A stretch of 59,876 bases of DNA, taken from Octopus bimaculoides. Taxonomy: Eukaryota. The notes below the pieces were generated by a model. That model ran no database searches. It was not told where the DNA came from and was given only the letters and a program-made list of their open reading frames with translations. A program made the position numbers and the translations under genes. Every line of letters begins with the position of its first letter. The stretch's first letter is position 1. The DNA is taken from the NCBI RefSeq assembly GCF_001194135.2, contig NC_068985.1, forward strand, positions 7,375,249-7,435,124, written 5' to 3'. Positions 23,010-36,000 of the stretch are shown piece after piece.

Positions 23010-24288
23010 ACGAGGATCAGCAGAAAAATTGATAGGCAGACGAAATATTCTCAAGTAATATAACCAGATGATGTTTATTTTTCATCATAGTCCCCCCCCC
23101 CTGCTGTCCACACACGTGTTGCAATGCTTGGATCCCGTCGGTGAAGAAACTTTTATATTGTTGCTCAAAACAATCGTCAACAGCAGATACGATGTCATTA
23201 CCCCTGCGATACCGGTTCCTAGCCGGGGGTTTTTTATGTTAGGGGGCCAAATCAGGAGAAAAAGAAGGGTGATCAACCAGTTCAAAGCCACATTCACACA
23301 CAGCTGCCATTGAAACCGAGGCCTTATATACTGGAGTATTGTCCTGATGAAACAAGACTCCTTTCGTCAGTTTTCCCAGACATTTGGTCTTTCGTAACTG
23401 CCCCAGCAAGTTGGCATCGTATTCTCCATTGATAGAGTGACCCTTCTCATGACAATCAATAAATACAATGCCTTTTGCATCCCCCAAAAAAACTAAAACC
23501 ACCACCTTTCCCGCAGATGAAACACACTTCGTCTCCTTTAGAGTAGGTGAAGTGGGGTGTTTCCATTGCATGGAGTGTCTCTTTGTCTCTGGCTCAAAGT
23601 GATGAACCCAACGCTCATCTTCGGTTAGGAAACGTTCAAGGAAACCAGCTGGATCTGACTGAAACAATTTCAGATTTTCCCCTGATGTGATCAGCCTGGT
23701 ATTCTTTTCATCAGGTTTCAGAAGTCGTGGCATCCACCGAGCAGAAACCTTCGTCATGCCAAGACCATTGTGCAGAATATTCTCAACACTTTCATGGAAT
23801 ATGTTAATAGCTTTGGCAATATGGTCTTTAATCAGTCGTCTATCATCCATCGCCAACTATTGAGCGAGCACAACCATGTTTTCCTGGGTGGTGGCAGTTG
23901 CATGACGCCCAGACCTTCAGTCATCTTTAAGACTCTCCCTTCCCTTCCTAAATTCAGCTGCTCACTTTTGCACCATTGATAAAACTGGGGCGTCATCTCC
24001 TAATATAGCAACCATATGAACATGAATGTCTTAGGAGGCTATGCCCCGTTTTCTGCAGGTACTTGATAATACCATGATCTCAAGTCATGTTCATTTTCAA
24101 GAGAATTCGCTACTAGTTACATTTGAAGTCTTCTTTGAACAGTCAGATGTCAGTTCACCTGGAAGAAAACAGTGAGGTTATTAATAAGAAGAGTCGGAAT
24201 GAATGCATGTAAGATTTCACAGCTCTAACATCCTTCATATTCTAACATTCTTCATGGTCAGCCTATGAACGTTTTAGCCAAACCTCGT
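23010..24288 (-). mobile_element. Near full-length decayed mariner element (~1.28 kb)
   Basis: ORF 23239-23856 shows KVSARWMPRLL, TEDERWVHHFEPETK, FHQDN and HPSFSPDLAP, with the third catalytic Asp region deleted. The degenerate 34-bp TIRs begin acgagg at 23010 and end cctcgt at 24288 (24/34 identical by eye). A TA follows only the right end. Confidence 0.9.
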
Positions 24289-25513
24289 AGAACTAGATAT
24301 GGAATACTGAATAAGTGAACACTCTGTTGAATACAAGAATTCTTGAGTAAGCGAATCAAGCAAATAGAGTTAATAGCTGATTGTATAATATTCATCGGTC
24401 TTTTCATGGCTAATTCTTTAAATTGTAGACATTGCTCAGAATAATTTTTCGATTAGAAGCAAAGCAACACGTTTTAACAATAAACTTGCTTCCAATTTTC
24501 CTGAATAAACTGATGGCGGTTTAACGTAATATTTTCCTTTTCCCAAGACAGCTACAAGTTTAATTCGGTACTGAGGGCACGACCTACGATATAACATTTG
24601 GTTGATCAACATTTATGGTGAATAAAGTTCAATATTTGTAGTAAATAAAGTTCTTTTCAATGTTTTGTATTTCTCCATTAAGTTTCATGTTTAATAAATA
24701 TAAATCACTAAATCAATTTTTTCGTCTGCAGAACAAAACATATTTTATTTTATTTCGCTGAAGTAAACCAGATTCTCATAAAACAGTAAATATTATTCTA
24801 CAAGGACTTTTAGGACTGTCGATCAGAAAGAAGTAATCTACTCACAAACACAGCCTATAAATATATTTTGATTTGAAATCAAAATGAAATTTTCGGTCAA
24901 AGCTTCCTTGCCTGCAACACTCCAAATGACTAAGGAAATATTAGAACATCGTAATTCCTGTTTTCAATATCTCCACTGGGTCAGTTTAGGCAATTAAATG
25001 CATAATAGATATCTATACTAACCGCTATTCTCAGGAATTATAATACATAGTTACTATCATTATGTTTAGTCGTTCTTGAATGTATAAATTCTTTTCTTAT
25101 GCAAGTGGATAAGTGTGTACACATTTATATATCTTTGTATATAAATATATATACATATCTACAAAACATTCAAACACTAAGAATTGAAATAAGATGTCAC
25201 TACTGTTAATATCATTTGTGGATAAAACTTGAAATTGATGGTATCAACAGTAGTAACATGGGTGGTTCGCAGGCAAAAAGCATTATTTATCTATAAATTA
25301 TAATTTGCAAAAGCGTAAGGATACATAATAGCTAGAAATAAGAGCTAAAGCCTTAATTAAGCCACAGTACAGCACCAAGATAACAGAGAAATAACAGTAG
25401 GCAAGGAAACCGAAAGAATTAACACATTCAAAAGCACAACTATAGAAGATTATGCAGTTGGACATACCCATACCCGGGTTTCGGCTTTCGGAAAATTTAA
25501 TCCTTGAGCCTCA

Positions 25514-25545
25514 TATATACATACATACATACATACATACATACA

Positions 25546-25581
<36 letters not shown>

Positions 25582-25582
25582 T
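25514..25582. repeat. (TACA)n microsatellite
   Basis: Direct reading. Confidence 0.95.
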
Positions 25583-25799
25583 ATTGGAGCGAACACGTTA
25601 CAATGAAGTAGAGAAATTTGAAAAGACAACACGAAACCGGTTATTTCTCAAAATACAATCTTTATATACCAAAAAGATTTTATAACATTTTTCTAACATT
25701 TTTCTGACATAATTTAAATATATACTTTAACCATGTAACACAAGCCTTCTGTAGTTTTTTCACTCTTATTATCTTTTATATATATATATATATATAGCC

Positions 25800-26260
25800 T
25801 TTTGATGGGACATTCCTATACGTGTTTTTTTCGCATATAAGTATATTTTTACCTCCGTGGTTTTTTTCTGTAATTGTATGCATTATATAGTATATATTTT
25901 ATATTTTGATTTATATATGACGTACGTTGGAGGTTTGATACCGTATATAAAGTCGTTAACTCATTTTAATGTTTGTTCTATGACCAATGTTTAATTATCA
26001 TTGCCTCATTTATTTGAGAACTTCTTTTTTGCTGTCCTATTAACTCTTTGTCTCTTTTGAAAGAAACAATAGATATTCTTGACGTATTACAGTGTGTTTG
26101 CTGGTAGGTGCGATTCGACGTACTGGAGATTACTCCCTGAAAACGCCGGGTGTTGAAACAGTTAAAAGAGTCGTGGATGGGCGAGACAACTCACTGCAAA
26201 TACCATTCGGGAGTGGACATCGATGTTTCGCCAGGATGTATTTCTTGAAATGCGGACATA
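25800..26260 (+). mobile_element. Possible Penelope-like terminal (pseudo-LTR) remnant
   Basis: T-rich stretch with tgacgt and tataaa, then ccctgaaaacgccgggtgttgaaac (26135-26159), resembling the CTGANGA...GAAAC motif of PLE ends. Inference only. Confidence 0.35.
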
Positions 26261-26414
26261 CAGATAAAATCTCGTTCTTGAAATTTATATTGAAGGTGCC
26301 CAAGGACTAGGGTGTGATGTCAAGCCAGGTAACATCGTACGCCTATCACAACGACAATGTGAATTCTTCTGCGGCGTATATGACACGTCTTCGTTACTTT
26401 AGAAAATAAGAACG

Positions 26415-26437
26415 GTAGTAGTAGTAGTAGTAGTAGT

Positions 26438-26529
<92 letters not shown>

Positions 26530-26530
26530 C
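26415..26530. repeat. Compound (TAG)n/(CAG)n microsatellite
   Basis: Direct reading. Confidence 0.95.
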
Positions 26531-27466
26531 TGCTGTGTTCTCCCAATTGTAAAAGCAGGGGTACTAATGTTCCTCATTTTCCTATTGATTAAAATTTTGT
26601 GCGGTCTACTCTCAAGCATCTAAACGTCCCCAAGTCGGTGATTCATTCAGGTGAATATCGAGGGTTAATAATATATTCGGACAGGCAAAAGAAACAGACT
26701 GGCAGACGATCAATGATATCGTAACGATGATGATATTATCGCTATCGATTCACTTGGTGGAAAATCAAGAATTAACAACAAACAAATTTCTCTTACAAAC
26801 AGAATAGAATTTACTTTATAAAAGCGATATTAGTAAGTTATATTAAGAGGCGTTAGGCTGACACATTGTCTTGGTCGTCATCAAAATTACATTTCGTTGT
26901 TTCGCTTTGTTTGTCTCAATGGTTCAGGATAATTTAGTGTTCAGAAATTCACTTGCTATGTTTATTGTAATGTAAGAGGTATCGGCTGTGCTTGCTGGAA
27001 ACGATCTGATTTTATCATGTTTTATCCGTATGTATGTCCATTATATCGACTTCATCTATATACATCTACAAACACAAAGACATTTCGGCCATATATTCAT
27101 ATGAGACATAAGTTATATTTAAGATATGTTTAAAAAAACAAATTGATGTCTGCTCCGAACACTGGGGACTATGTAGTGTCACGTATTACATTTTCTTATT
27201 AAGTTACGTTTTGATTGAATGTATGTTATTGGAATGATACGAGAGCACACAACGAACCTATTTTCTTTGACATTTTGTCGATAGTAGCTTCTCGAAATTA
27301 TTTTCAGAAGTTAGTGTTGGCGAAATTTCCGAATAAGCATACATTTGATAAAATATATTTTCCTACAAACAACAGGTATACTTCAAGTCGGTGTACCAAC
27401 ATGGATGCATTCTAATGGCTGCAACATGTAAAAGGCAAAAGATACATACATACATACATACATGCG

Positions 27467-27860
27467 GAGTACTGGTGGAATGTTCCAGTGAAGGCCGCAA
27501 TAAAATGTGTAAGCACAACAGACCTGATATAATGATTTGGGATAGAGAAGAGAAACTGTGGACAGTTATGGAAATTAACTGACCAGCGGATGTTAACATA
27601 AAGCTGAAGATCAGTGAAAAAGAGAATATCTACGCTGAACTGTTGAGAAATCTGCAGTTACTCTATCCAGATTAGAAGTTTAGGTTAATACCTGTAATTA
27701 TGGCCCTGGGATATGTAACACACTGCTTAAATATTAATCTTGAGAAATTAGGCTTCTCAAAAGCAGAAAGGAGAAAATTAATTCGAAGACTACAGATCCA
27801 ATCCATCACTGGAACTGTAAAAATCTGTAAAACTTTCCAGAAGTTTATCATTTACATATG
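27467..27860 (+). mobile_element. R4/Dong-like non-LTR retrotransposon 3' fragment (restriction-like endonuclease domain); 3' UTR probably extends to ~28200
   Basis: Translates, with one frameshift and two stops, EYWWNVPVK...CKHNRPDIMIWDREEK..TVMEIN*PADVN...K.SEKENIYAEL...IPVIMALGY...IQSITGTVKICKTF. This is the PD..(D/E)xK RLE signature. Confidence 0.85.
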
Positions 27861-28599
27861 TATGAGCATGTCTAGATATGCAACTATGTGCATGAAAATA
27901 CATACATAAAACATACAAATTTGCACATATATGCAAACATACATACACACACGCACACACACTCACACAGACGCATACATACGTACGTACGCCTGTGTGT
28001 GTAAATGGAAAAGTTCCTGCCTCTTACAGAGAAGGAGTAGTTCTAAAATGCCGAATTCATCTAGAAGAAATTATGTTCTACAATGTTTGGAACAACTCAC
28101 GAGAGTAAATATTGGCAGTGACAACACTTATAATATTGAGAAGTTCCCTTCATAGCTTGGCCAGGGAGAGCATCCAAGTTAATTTGTCCAAAAACACCAC
28201 AGTGCCAAAGGCCTAAATGTCTTGTCAGATCTAGACTTTAAAATGTCTAATTAATATTTCACATTTAAATTGTCTCTCACAAAAATAATGTTTCAGATTG
28301 TAATCTTCATTTGTTCTGTTTACGCTTGTAAAAAGCAAAGTACAGACGAGTCGAGCATTGGAAGAGATCTTGTAAAAAAACGATTGACGTTCTGCTAGTA
28401 AAACTAATATAAACTATTGTTGTTGTAATTGTTTATTCGCAGACTCAATGTTATAAGCAGGTATTTGATGATCGAAGCCGTTCTACACATGACTATCAAG
28501 GCTTGTTTTCTTGCATGGACTATCTATATCTACATTAACTGTTGCGTCCTTTTTTTTTTTTGAAGAGACTCTGATTTGAAGAAGTATTGCCTGTTTTTT

Positions 28600-28682
28600 C
28601 TTTCTGATTGGTTGACCACGTACAAGCTTCTGTGGTGGGTCCCATATAAAATGTTTCCGCCGGAAATGTAATGCGCATGTCA
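28600..28682 (+). promoter_or_regulatory. Candidate promoter-like motif cluster (ATTGG, TATAAA, CCGGAAAT, TGCGCATG)
   Basis: ctgattggtt at 28604, tataaa at 28645, ccggaaat at 28660, tgcgcatg at 28672. Motif evidence only. Confidence 0.2.
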
Positions 28683-29852
28683 TTGATCTTGCTGTTTCAC
28701 AAACATGGAATTATTAACTGCATTCGATTCGATTAAATCAGCGAAAGAGACAGCTTGAAGTCCCTTCAATTTATAGAAATAGCAGCTGGTGTGCTCAAAT
28801 CAGAATCTATCGCCTTAAAAAAGGAAGGAAGTATTAAATAATTTAATCCTTAATATAGTAAGTTTAAGAAATCCGATTCTTTACAGTGAAACACTTTTGG
28901 TCATATGTATATGTAAACACACAGACACACACATATATAAATATATATTTGGGTGCGCGTGTGTGTGTGTGTATGTATAAAGATGTGGGATCTTGACTGA
29001 TTTGTAACAATATCAATATATCAATACTACGAGGTGGGGGTGCCTCAACTTGGTCATCCAGCCAGCGAGAAATAGGAACAAAATACCCCTCAAATCATGC
29101 CCTACTCTCTTTGGAAAGCAATGAATAATGTACATTTAACTGTACAATATCTGAAACATAGTCGAGACAGTCATTGTTTGAATATCATTCAATGTGTGTA
29201 AGTACGAACAGGCATGGTTCACCTGGTTCTAAACAACAACTACAACAACAACAAAATAAAAAATAGAAGAACCCAGTTCGCCATCAACGGCAAAACTGAT
29301 ATTCCAACCAAGATTGCTCAGTCATTTATTTGTTACGGAGCAATGCAAAAACTTCACAAAATATTTTATACGTTCATTGTTATTCGTGTCAACTATTAAT
29401 TTGCAACGGAGGTTATATAAAAGTAATTCTTTTCTTCGTAACTAATTTCCCCAGACAAACGCTAATTGAATAAACAAAGTAAATTTTCTAACAAGAAACA
29501 AGGTTTAAAACTGCTTAATCTTGTTTCTCTCCTTCGATACCATCGCCGTCATATTACTCTGTTCTTCGTCATTACCATTCTTATTGATATTCAGCATCTT
29601 ATATTGACTCACCATTTTAAGAAGAGCTGACATTCTTCTTAATTCAAGTTATGACTAATAACACTATGGGGACAACAATCAAGAAATGTTGCATCTGAAT
29701 CGATGCCTCTCTGTGATTATGTAACCATGTATGTAGGTACTCGTGTAATGGGGAGTGAATTCTGTAACTATGTTTCTAAATATGTGTGTGTATGTGTGTA
29801 TGTGTGTGTGTGTGTGTATTGAGAGAGATATAGATCTTTTTGGGGTGTAGGG

Positions 29853-30060
29853 GGTCATGGACTGCGGCCATACTGGGGCAACGCTTTCAAAGGATTTTAT
29901 CGAACAAAGTGACCTTAGTACGTTTGTGCGTTTTTTTAATTTTTAAAGCGTGATGATTACCCTATCGAAATCTTATGCCGAACCGCTATGTTACGTGAAG
30001 GTATACAAACCAAAGCCAGCTGTCAAGCGGGGGTGGACAAACACACACATAGACACACAC
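29853..30060 (-). mobile_element. SINE group C, 3' half
   Basis: Reverse complement of the group C tail (actgcggccatactggggca...gaaccgctatgttacg...tgtcaagcg). Confidence 0.75.
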
Positions 30061-30078
30061 ACAAACACACACACACAA

Positions 30079-30117
<39 letters not shown>

Positions 30118-30189
30118 CATGCATATATAGTGTGTTTTCCTTATTATACTTTGTTTTCCTTATTATTTTTAATACTAGGTCACCGAATA

Positions 30190-30435
30190 TACGTGTTACA
30201 TGATTTTATTTAATTTGCTTTGCGGGAGCAACTGTTTTATCGAAAGTGTATATTGTTGTTAAATGTTCGAAATACGAGACTAGAAAAACAGCCAACAACT
30301 GATGAAGGGTCGTTCTTTATGTTGTTTGTTTGGTTTTCCATTTGTGTCTTTCGTTGTTCGAAAGAATAGTTCATGTTCCATGTACTCGTACTTCGTACTT
30401 TTCTGTTTCATGACGTCCTGTGCCCACATATGCAT
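30190..30435 (+). repeat. Interspersed repeat, copy 2 of the family at 2370-2555
   Basis: Shares caactgatgaagggtc.ttctttat and cgtcctgt.ccca.atatgcatata with 2370-2555. Confidence 0.55.
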
Positions 30436-30461
30436 ATAGATGTAAGTATGCATATATATAT

Positions 30462-30663
30462 ATTATTATTTCTTTATTGCCTACAGAGGGCTAAACACAG
30501 AGGGGACATATAAGGATTAAGTCGATTAAGTGCATAACTGGTACTTAGTTAATCGACCCCTAAAAGATGAAAACTATTCAAAATCACCACATATTAACTT
30601 CACCGAGACGAAGTACGGCTAAGCATTTCGTCCGACGAGCTAACGATTCTGCCAGCTCGCTGC
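30462..30663 (-). mobile_element. SINE group A, tail type 2
   Basis: tttctttattgcctacagagggctaaacacagagggg is the same tail as 7322-7365. The head gccagctcgc is at 30651. Confidence 0.85.
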
Positions 30664-33380
30664 TCCATATATATATATATATATANNNNNNNNNNNNNNN
30701 NNNNNNNNNNNNNNNNNNNNNNNNNNNNNNNNNNNNNNNNNNNNNNNNNNNNNNNNNNNNNNNNNNNNNNNNNNNNNNNNNNNNNNNNNNNNNNNNNNNN
30801 NNNNTATATATCGTGTTTAATTAAAGCAAGTTTAACTTTTTAACATAAGTGAGGAACAATTGTATTCTATGTGTGTATATGTATGAGAAATAAAAATATA
30901 AAGATACTTTTCCACAGAATAAATGTTTACTTATCATAATTTAACCGAAAATATATTGGTGTACATATTCTTAAGTTGGGCATATACAATTTAAATAAAC
31001 TTGTATAACAAAATTGGGAAGAATGGAAGGAACAAGGAAAACTAAAGTGTCACGTGTTGCTTTGAGTCTTTTGTACAGAAAAAGGCTTTAGTATATACAT
31101 TTTTCAGTTTTGCAGTGAAAACAGAATTGTTGCTAGTATAGGGCAAAAATAACATTTAGCTAACCTAGATCCGGCTTCGTCAATTTCAGTTGAAGAAAGT
31201 TTTAATGTAAGTTTTCTTTAATTTTTTTTCCATATTTTAAACCACCTGTAGTTTTTGCCTGTGAATGTTTATGTGTATATGTACACAGGTGTGTACACGT
31301 GGAGAGAAGTGATATACGTAAATGCCTATACACGAATATACTCTGCCGCTTTTATTGGAGCGATGGTAGAACGCTGAAGATTTCATATTTAGTGCATTTA
31401 TTCAAGGACCATCAATCTTAAGGAATTTGTCCTTTTTAGGTTGTGTAATATGACCGGATTTACAGACCTTAAACTGCAGCAGAAGTAAAATAACTGAATC
31501 TCGAATCGTAACCAAATTGCAAATTTGACCAGCTAAAGTCATGTGTAACGCAAGCAAACACATACAGAGATATCGAAAGAGAGAACGAAAGAAAGACACA
31601 CACATTCAAGTATGTGTGCAAATATTCCTGTGAGAGTGATCCTATTGATGGTGATCTGGTATGAATCTGTGTTGGCGAGTGTTTTTCTGTCTGTGCATCT
31701 AAACGATAATGTCAGAATAATACAAAACAAATAATACTTTAATGACTTAATGGCTAATTTATTTTCTGTTTAAACCTTCGTGTTTTTTTTTTCTTGTCGA
31801 TATTATTCCTTGGTGAACAGGAGATTTTCTATAAAGCTTTCAAAATTAATATCAATTTACATTAATCATCAGTCTCAGCTTCTCCAGTAGACATATCTGA
31901 AGGTCAACCCTAATGTGAATTTAAAATTTTGTAAATGATGGAATCTGGTAAAATGAGTTCTTTACTAACAAAAACGTGTATCGTTTTGTGTTCTGTGAAT
32001 TAATAATGTATTGTTATGAAAACGTCTTTATATCTTCATATAGTCTCCTGATCAATGTGAATCATTGTTCCAAAGTTCGATTTCGCCGAGACTTAAAGGG
32101 GCTTCTTCCTGTCCAAGAATATTTTGCTTTGGCAGAATTTAGTCTAATATATGTTTGCCAAAAAACAATAGTCATGACAGCCAATCATTTTATTCTCCAT
32201 CAATCTGTATGTTTTATGTCACGCCGTCAATCCTCTTTTATCATTGTGCAGCTAGCTATATTTCAGCGTACACTTTTACGTTCAAATACATTGTTGAAAG
32301 AAAGTAGGTAGACAATTGAATACTAACAGAACACGATTTGAAATGTCTTCAGTAAAATTTCAGAGCTCATCATAGCTTATAAAGCTAAAGCAAAATAATT
32401 TTCCTATCAACAAAAGGAGATGTATAACTCGAACAAAACTTCTCGCTTAGCTGTCAGAGATAAATTAAAGTTTCTGATGTAGTCATTTCAGGATTATATA
32501 AATCTATTCTATATGATCGTAAACCTAGAGCATTACATCTGTGTCGAAGGTGGGGGACGACGTATCTCTTGAGCGGTTAATGCTATGGAAACTGAGATTG
32601 TAATAATATGGTATATATTGATCTGAAAACGTATAAATAAATACTTGAATGAAATCAGTAAGGTACCTTGCCGGAAGATGAATGTTTATAATATTATCTT
32701 TTGACATCCCGGGTCTAGTTTAGGCTAACCCAATAACAGTTTACAATTGTTCAGGCGTCTCATGTGTAGTGTTTCTCAGTTATTTACGAGTTATTTTAGT
32801 CCATCTACGGTGGACGTAATAGCTTATACCCAACTCTAGCACTAAATCGTAAAACTAAAATTCCATTAATTTCCAATTGCTTCGGTTTCTGCAGCCAAAT
32901 TGCACTTCAAAAGATCATATTTCACCAGAAGAAGTGCCTACTGACATAGATGAAGATAACTCCTTGCCATTAGCAATGTTTTGCATTCAACAACTTTTCA
33001 AATGTGGGCCGAGGAAATGTTTTTAATAAGAAAGTTTTCTGGAAGTTTTTTTTTCTTTTCTTTGTTAACTTTTAGGCTTATATTAAAAAGTTGCTTTAGC
33101 CAAATCATTAATGGCTTTTCATATTTCTAGCGCTGATTTCTTTTTATTCACTCATACAAATCTAGGTCGTGATGGATTATTGAATTATGTTAGTAAGATG
33201 CATTTTAAAGATAATCCATGACAGATTAGTCATGACATTCCTATACTGGTTTTTAAAAATTGCTTGGGATATTTTTGCCCATTCTTTTCTAAAGTAAACA
33301 TATTTTCGTTACTTTCTGTTATTATTAAGAATATTAAAACACATTTTAAATAAGGGATTTTCATCATTATCTGCAGTCAG

Positions 33381-33660
33381 CTATCGCGATTGTGACTGTT
33401 CATGGCTGTTTTGGCAAAACTTGGTAAGTTTTCTCCATACTGGTCGGTTTTTCACTTGGGTTTGCCATTTATTATTATTCCGCGTCTTGTTCCTTTTTGC
33501 TGCATATTTGAATCTCATTCTGGGTCTTCCATAGTTTCTTTTCCCCTTGTATAGTTGGGAATAAAGGATTTTCCTGAGGCGTCTGTTGTTGTTCATCCTG
33601 TGTATGTGACCCAACCAACGTAAGTTTCTATCAACGAGGATTTCCATCGTAGGAGGCAGA
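33381..33660 (-). mobile_element. RTE-clade LINE 3' coding fragment
   Basis: ORF 33381-33647 has LRWLGHIHRM...RKILYSQL.KGKR..GRPRMRFK....R..WRK, the characteristic RTE C-terminus. Confidence 0.88.
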
Positions 33661-35203
33661 CAAGAACACCGTAAGGTCTCATTATTCCTTATAAGGGATT
33701 CTATATTAAATTTAATCTGAGATCGTATGGATACTCAGGAATAAAAAATATTATGAAAATAGCAAAATAAACCTTTAGAAATACTGTAAATACCCACTGT
33801 AGAGATGAAGATGTTAAATCGGAAGATTATTTTGTCAATAACAACAACGCATTGCAGTAGAGAATCAATAAGTAAATGAGCAATATTGCACTGTTTTGTA
33901 ATTAGCATATTAGAATTGTTTCCATAATAATTACATCAGACACGTTAATTAAATGTTATAATATATCAGTACACTATTTCCCTTCAAAACTAGAGTCTTG
34001 TCGCTGCAGAAGTAGATACCAGGATAGAATAAAAGGGTTTTTTTCTGATTAAGACAGTTCAATTCGCTCGTCTGAAACTCCATAAGTCATGCCGTTTGTA
34101 TAATATTAACCACTGTTTTCTTCAAGGAACAACGTGCTATTCAGTTTAGAAATTGAAGCCACGATTTTGCCATCGGGGGTCCATCACCTTAACCATTAGG
34201 CCACTCGTTTCACATTTAGAAAGTATATCGAGAATACTTTCGGAGCATAAAGGAAGCTGATATTAATACTGTTGTAAAATGCTATAGATTTCTGCAATTC
34301 TCTTTTAAGCTTGAAAAAAGGCGTCTTGCCGGAGAAAAGAATCATCCTTGGTCACAAGGGATATCGTTGGTTGTTCACAACAATATATCTTTCTGTGCTA
34401 CCTGCAGTTTGTTGTTATTGAGTCCCAGATCAGCTCTGATCCAGAAGATCGATGACACAGAGAAATAACTTATTGATAGATGTGAACTCGATCCGAATAT
34501 GATAGTTGCTGTTTTTCTACATTTATCATTGCAGAATATCTGAGGTTGGCTCATCAATAATCATATTTTAACTTAGATTGAGAAGCAGCTAAGTGAGAAT
34601 TCTCAAGAGTATTTTGGGTTTTTTTTCTTTATTTTTGCTTTGCCATCACACTCCTCCTCTCTTTGTCTTTCTCTTTTTCTGTGTCTCTTTTGTTATGCTT
34701 TCTAGAGAAGCAACAACAAACAGAATGCTTACAGCAAAAATCCGTACCTTCTCCAAGATATTTTTTATGGCTACCAAGAAAGAGAAATTGAAATATTTCC
34801 TTTTCAAATTGTCTTTTACCATGTAATTTTTGTGCTGTTTTTTAATATTTCCTTCACAAATTGTCTTACATCATATATTTTTGTTGTTTACTTTATCATT
34901 TCTTGTTTGTTTCTATTTTTCTTTATAATATTAATGAATGTATTCAATATGTTTCTTTCGATAGAAAACTGACAATGATAACAAATATGAAATTATATTC
35001 AAAAATATTTAATTAAATTTTCCAGCGGTTTAGATTCCATCTGCAAGTGACACTGACAACGTGTACAAGATATTTTTCAATCGATGCCAAAATTCTATTC
35101 GAGTACGTTTACAGCTTAACAGAAGTGTAATTAAAATATATGGGATATAACTGCCAGTACGACTAATGGTACTGTGGCGGTGAAAAATATATTGCATATG
35201 GCC

Positions 35204-35426
35204 AATAATGGTTTCAAATTTTGACACAGGGCCAGCAATTTCGAAGGATGGGAGGGGTTAGTTGATTACGTCGACCTCAGTGTTCTTCCGGTACTTGTTT
35301 TATTCAAGTCGAAAGGATGGAAGGCAAAGCCGAACCCGGTGGAATTTGAACTGAGAACTTAAAGACGGATAAGATGCCATAAGCATTTTCCAGGCTAGCA
35401 ATCGACTCTACCAGCTCATGGCCTTG
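35204..35426 (-). mobile_element. SINE group A, diverged (first of three tandem copies)
   Basis: Tail tggtttcaaattttgacacagggcc, core ggtacttgttttatt...gaaaggatggaaggcaaag, head ccagctc. Confidence 0.8.
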
Positions 35427-35436
35427 CATATGTTTT

Positions 35437-35650
35437 ATAATGGTTTCAAAATTTGGCTCAAATCCAGCAAGTTCGGGGTAAGGTGGTAAGTCGATTACAT
35501 CGATCTCAGCGCTGAACTGGTACTTGTTTTATCTACCCAGAAAGAGTGAAAAGTTTAGCTGGCATTGGCGGAATTTACACCTCAGGAAGGTTAAGATAGA
35601 CGAAATGCCGCGAAACATTTGGCTGACGATTCTGCCAGCTTGTCACCTTG
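35437..35650 (-). mobile_element. SINE group A, diverged (second of three)
   Basis: Same tail, core and head order as the neighbouring copies. Confidence 0.8.
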
Positions 35651-35660
35651 CAATACAATA

Positions 35661-35853
35661 AATAATCTTTGCTGATCTAGGCACAAGGCCTGAAATTTTG
35701 GAGGAGGGGGCCAGTAGATTAGATCGACCAAAGTATGCAAGGATGAAATGTAAAGTCGACCTCGGCGGAATCTGAACTCAGAACATAAAGATAGACGAAA
35801 TACCGCTAAACATTTCGCCCGGCGTGCTAACGATTGAGCCAGCTCACCGCCTT
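35661..35853 (-). mobile_element. SINE group A, younger with an internal deletion (third of three)
   Basis: Tail type 1 (ggcacaaggcctgaaatttt) and a well-conserved 5' half; the gataaa..aagtaccag core is shortened. Confidence 0.88.
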
Positions 35854-36000
35854 ACTAATCCTGTAAAGAACGAAGGTTTTTGAATGCATGTTTAAAGGTG
35901 AGATGATGTGTTGGTTGTTTAGTATGTGCCGTAATCCCTCGTCATATCGCGATTCACTTATCGCGCACTCGGTACATCACGGATTTTTCTGGTTAATATT

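Noticed and set aside
26268-26403. Peptide LEIYIEGAQGLGCDVKPGNIV resembling a kinase catalytic loop or C2 strand, with a ccag/gtaac donor
   Set aside because: It lacks the HRD context, an in-frame stop follows the nearest acceptor, and it abuts probable Penelope debris.
31397-31473. Candidate minus-strand terminal exon (good acceptor, FKVCKSGHITQPKKDKFLKIDGP*, AATAAA)
   Set aside because: No recognisable homology and no partner exon; such signals are common in AT-rich DNA. RNA-seq could overturn this.
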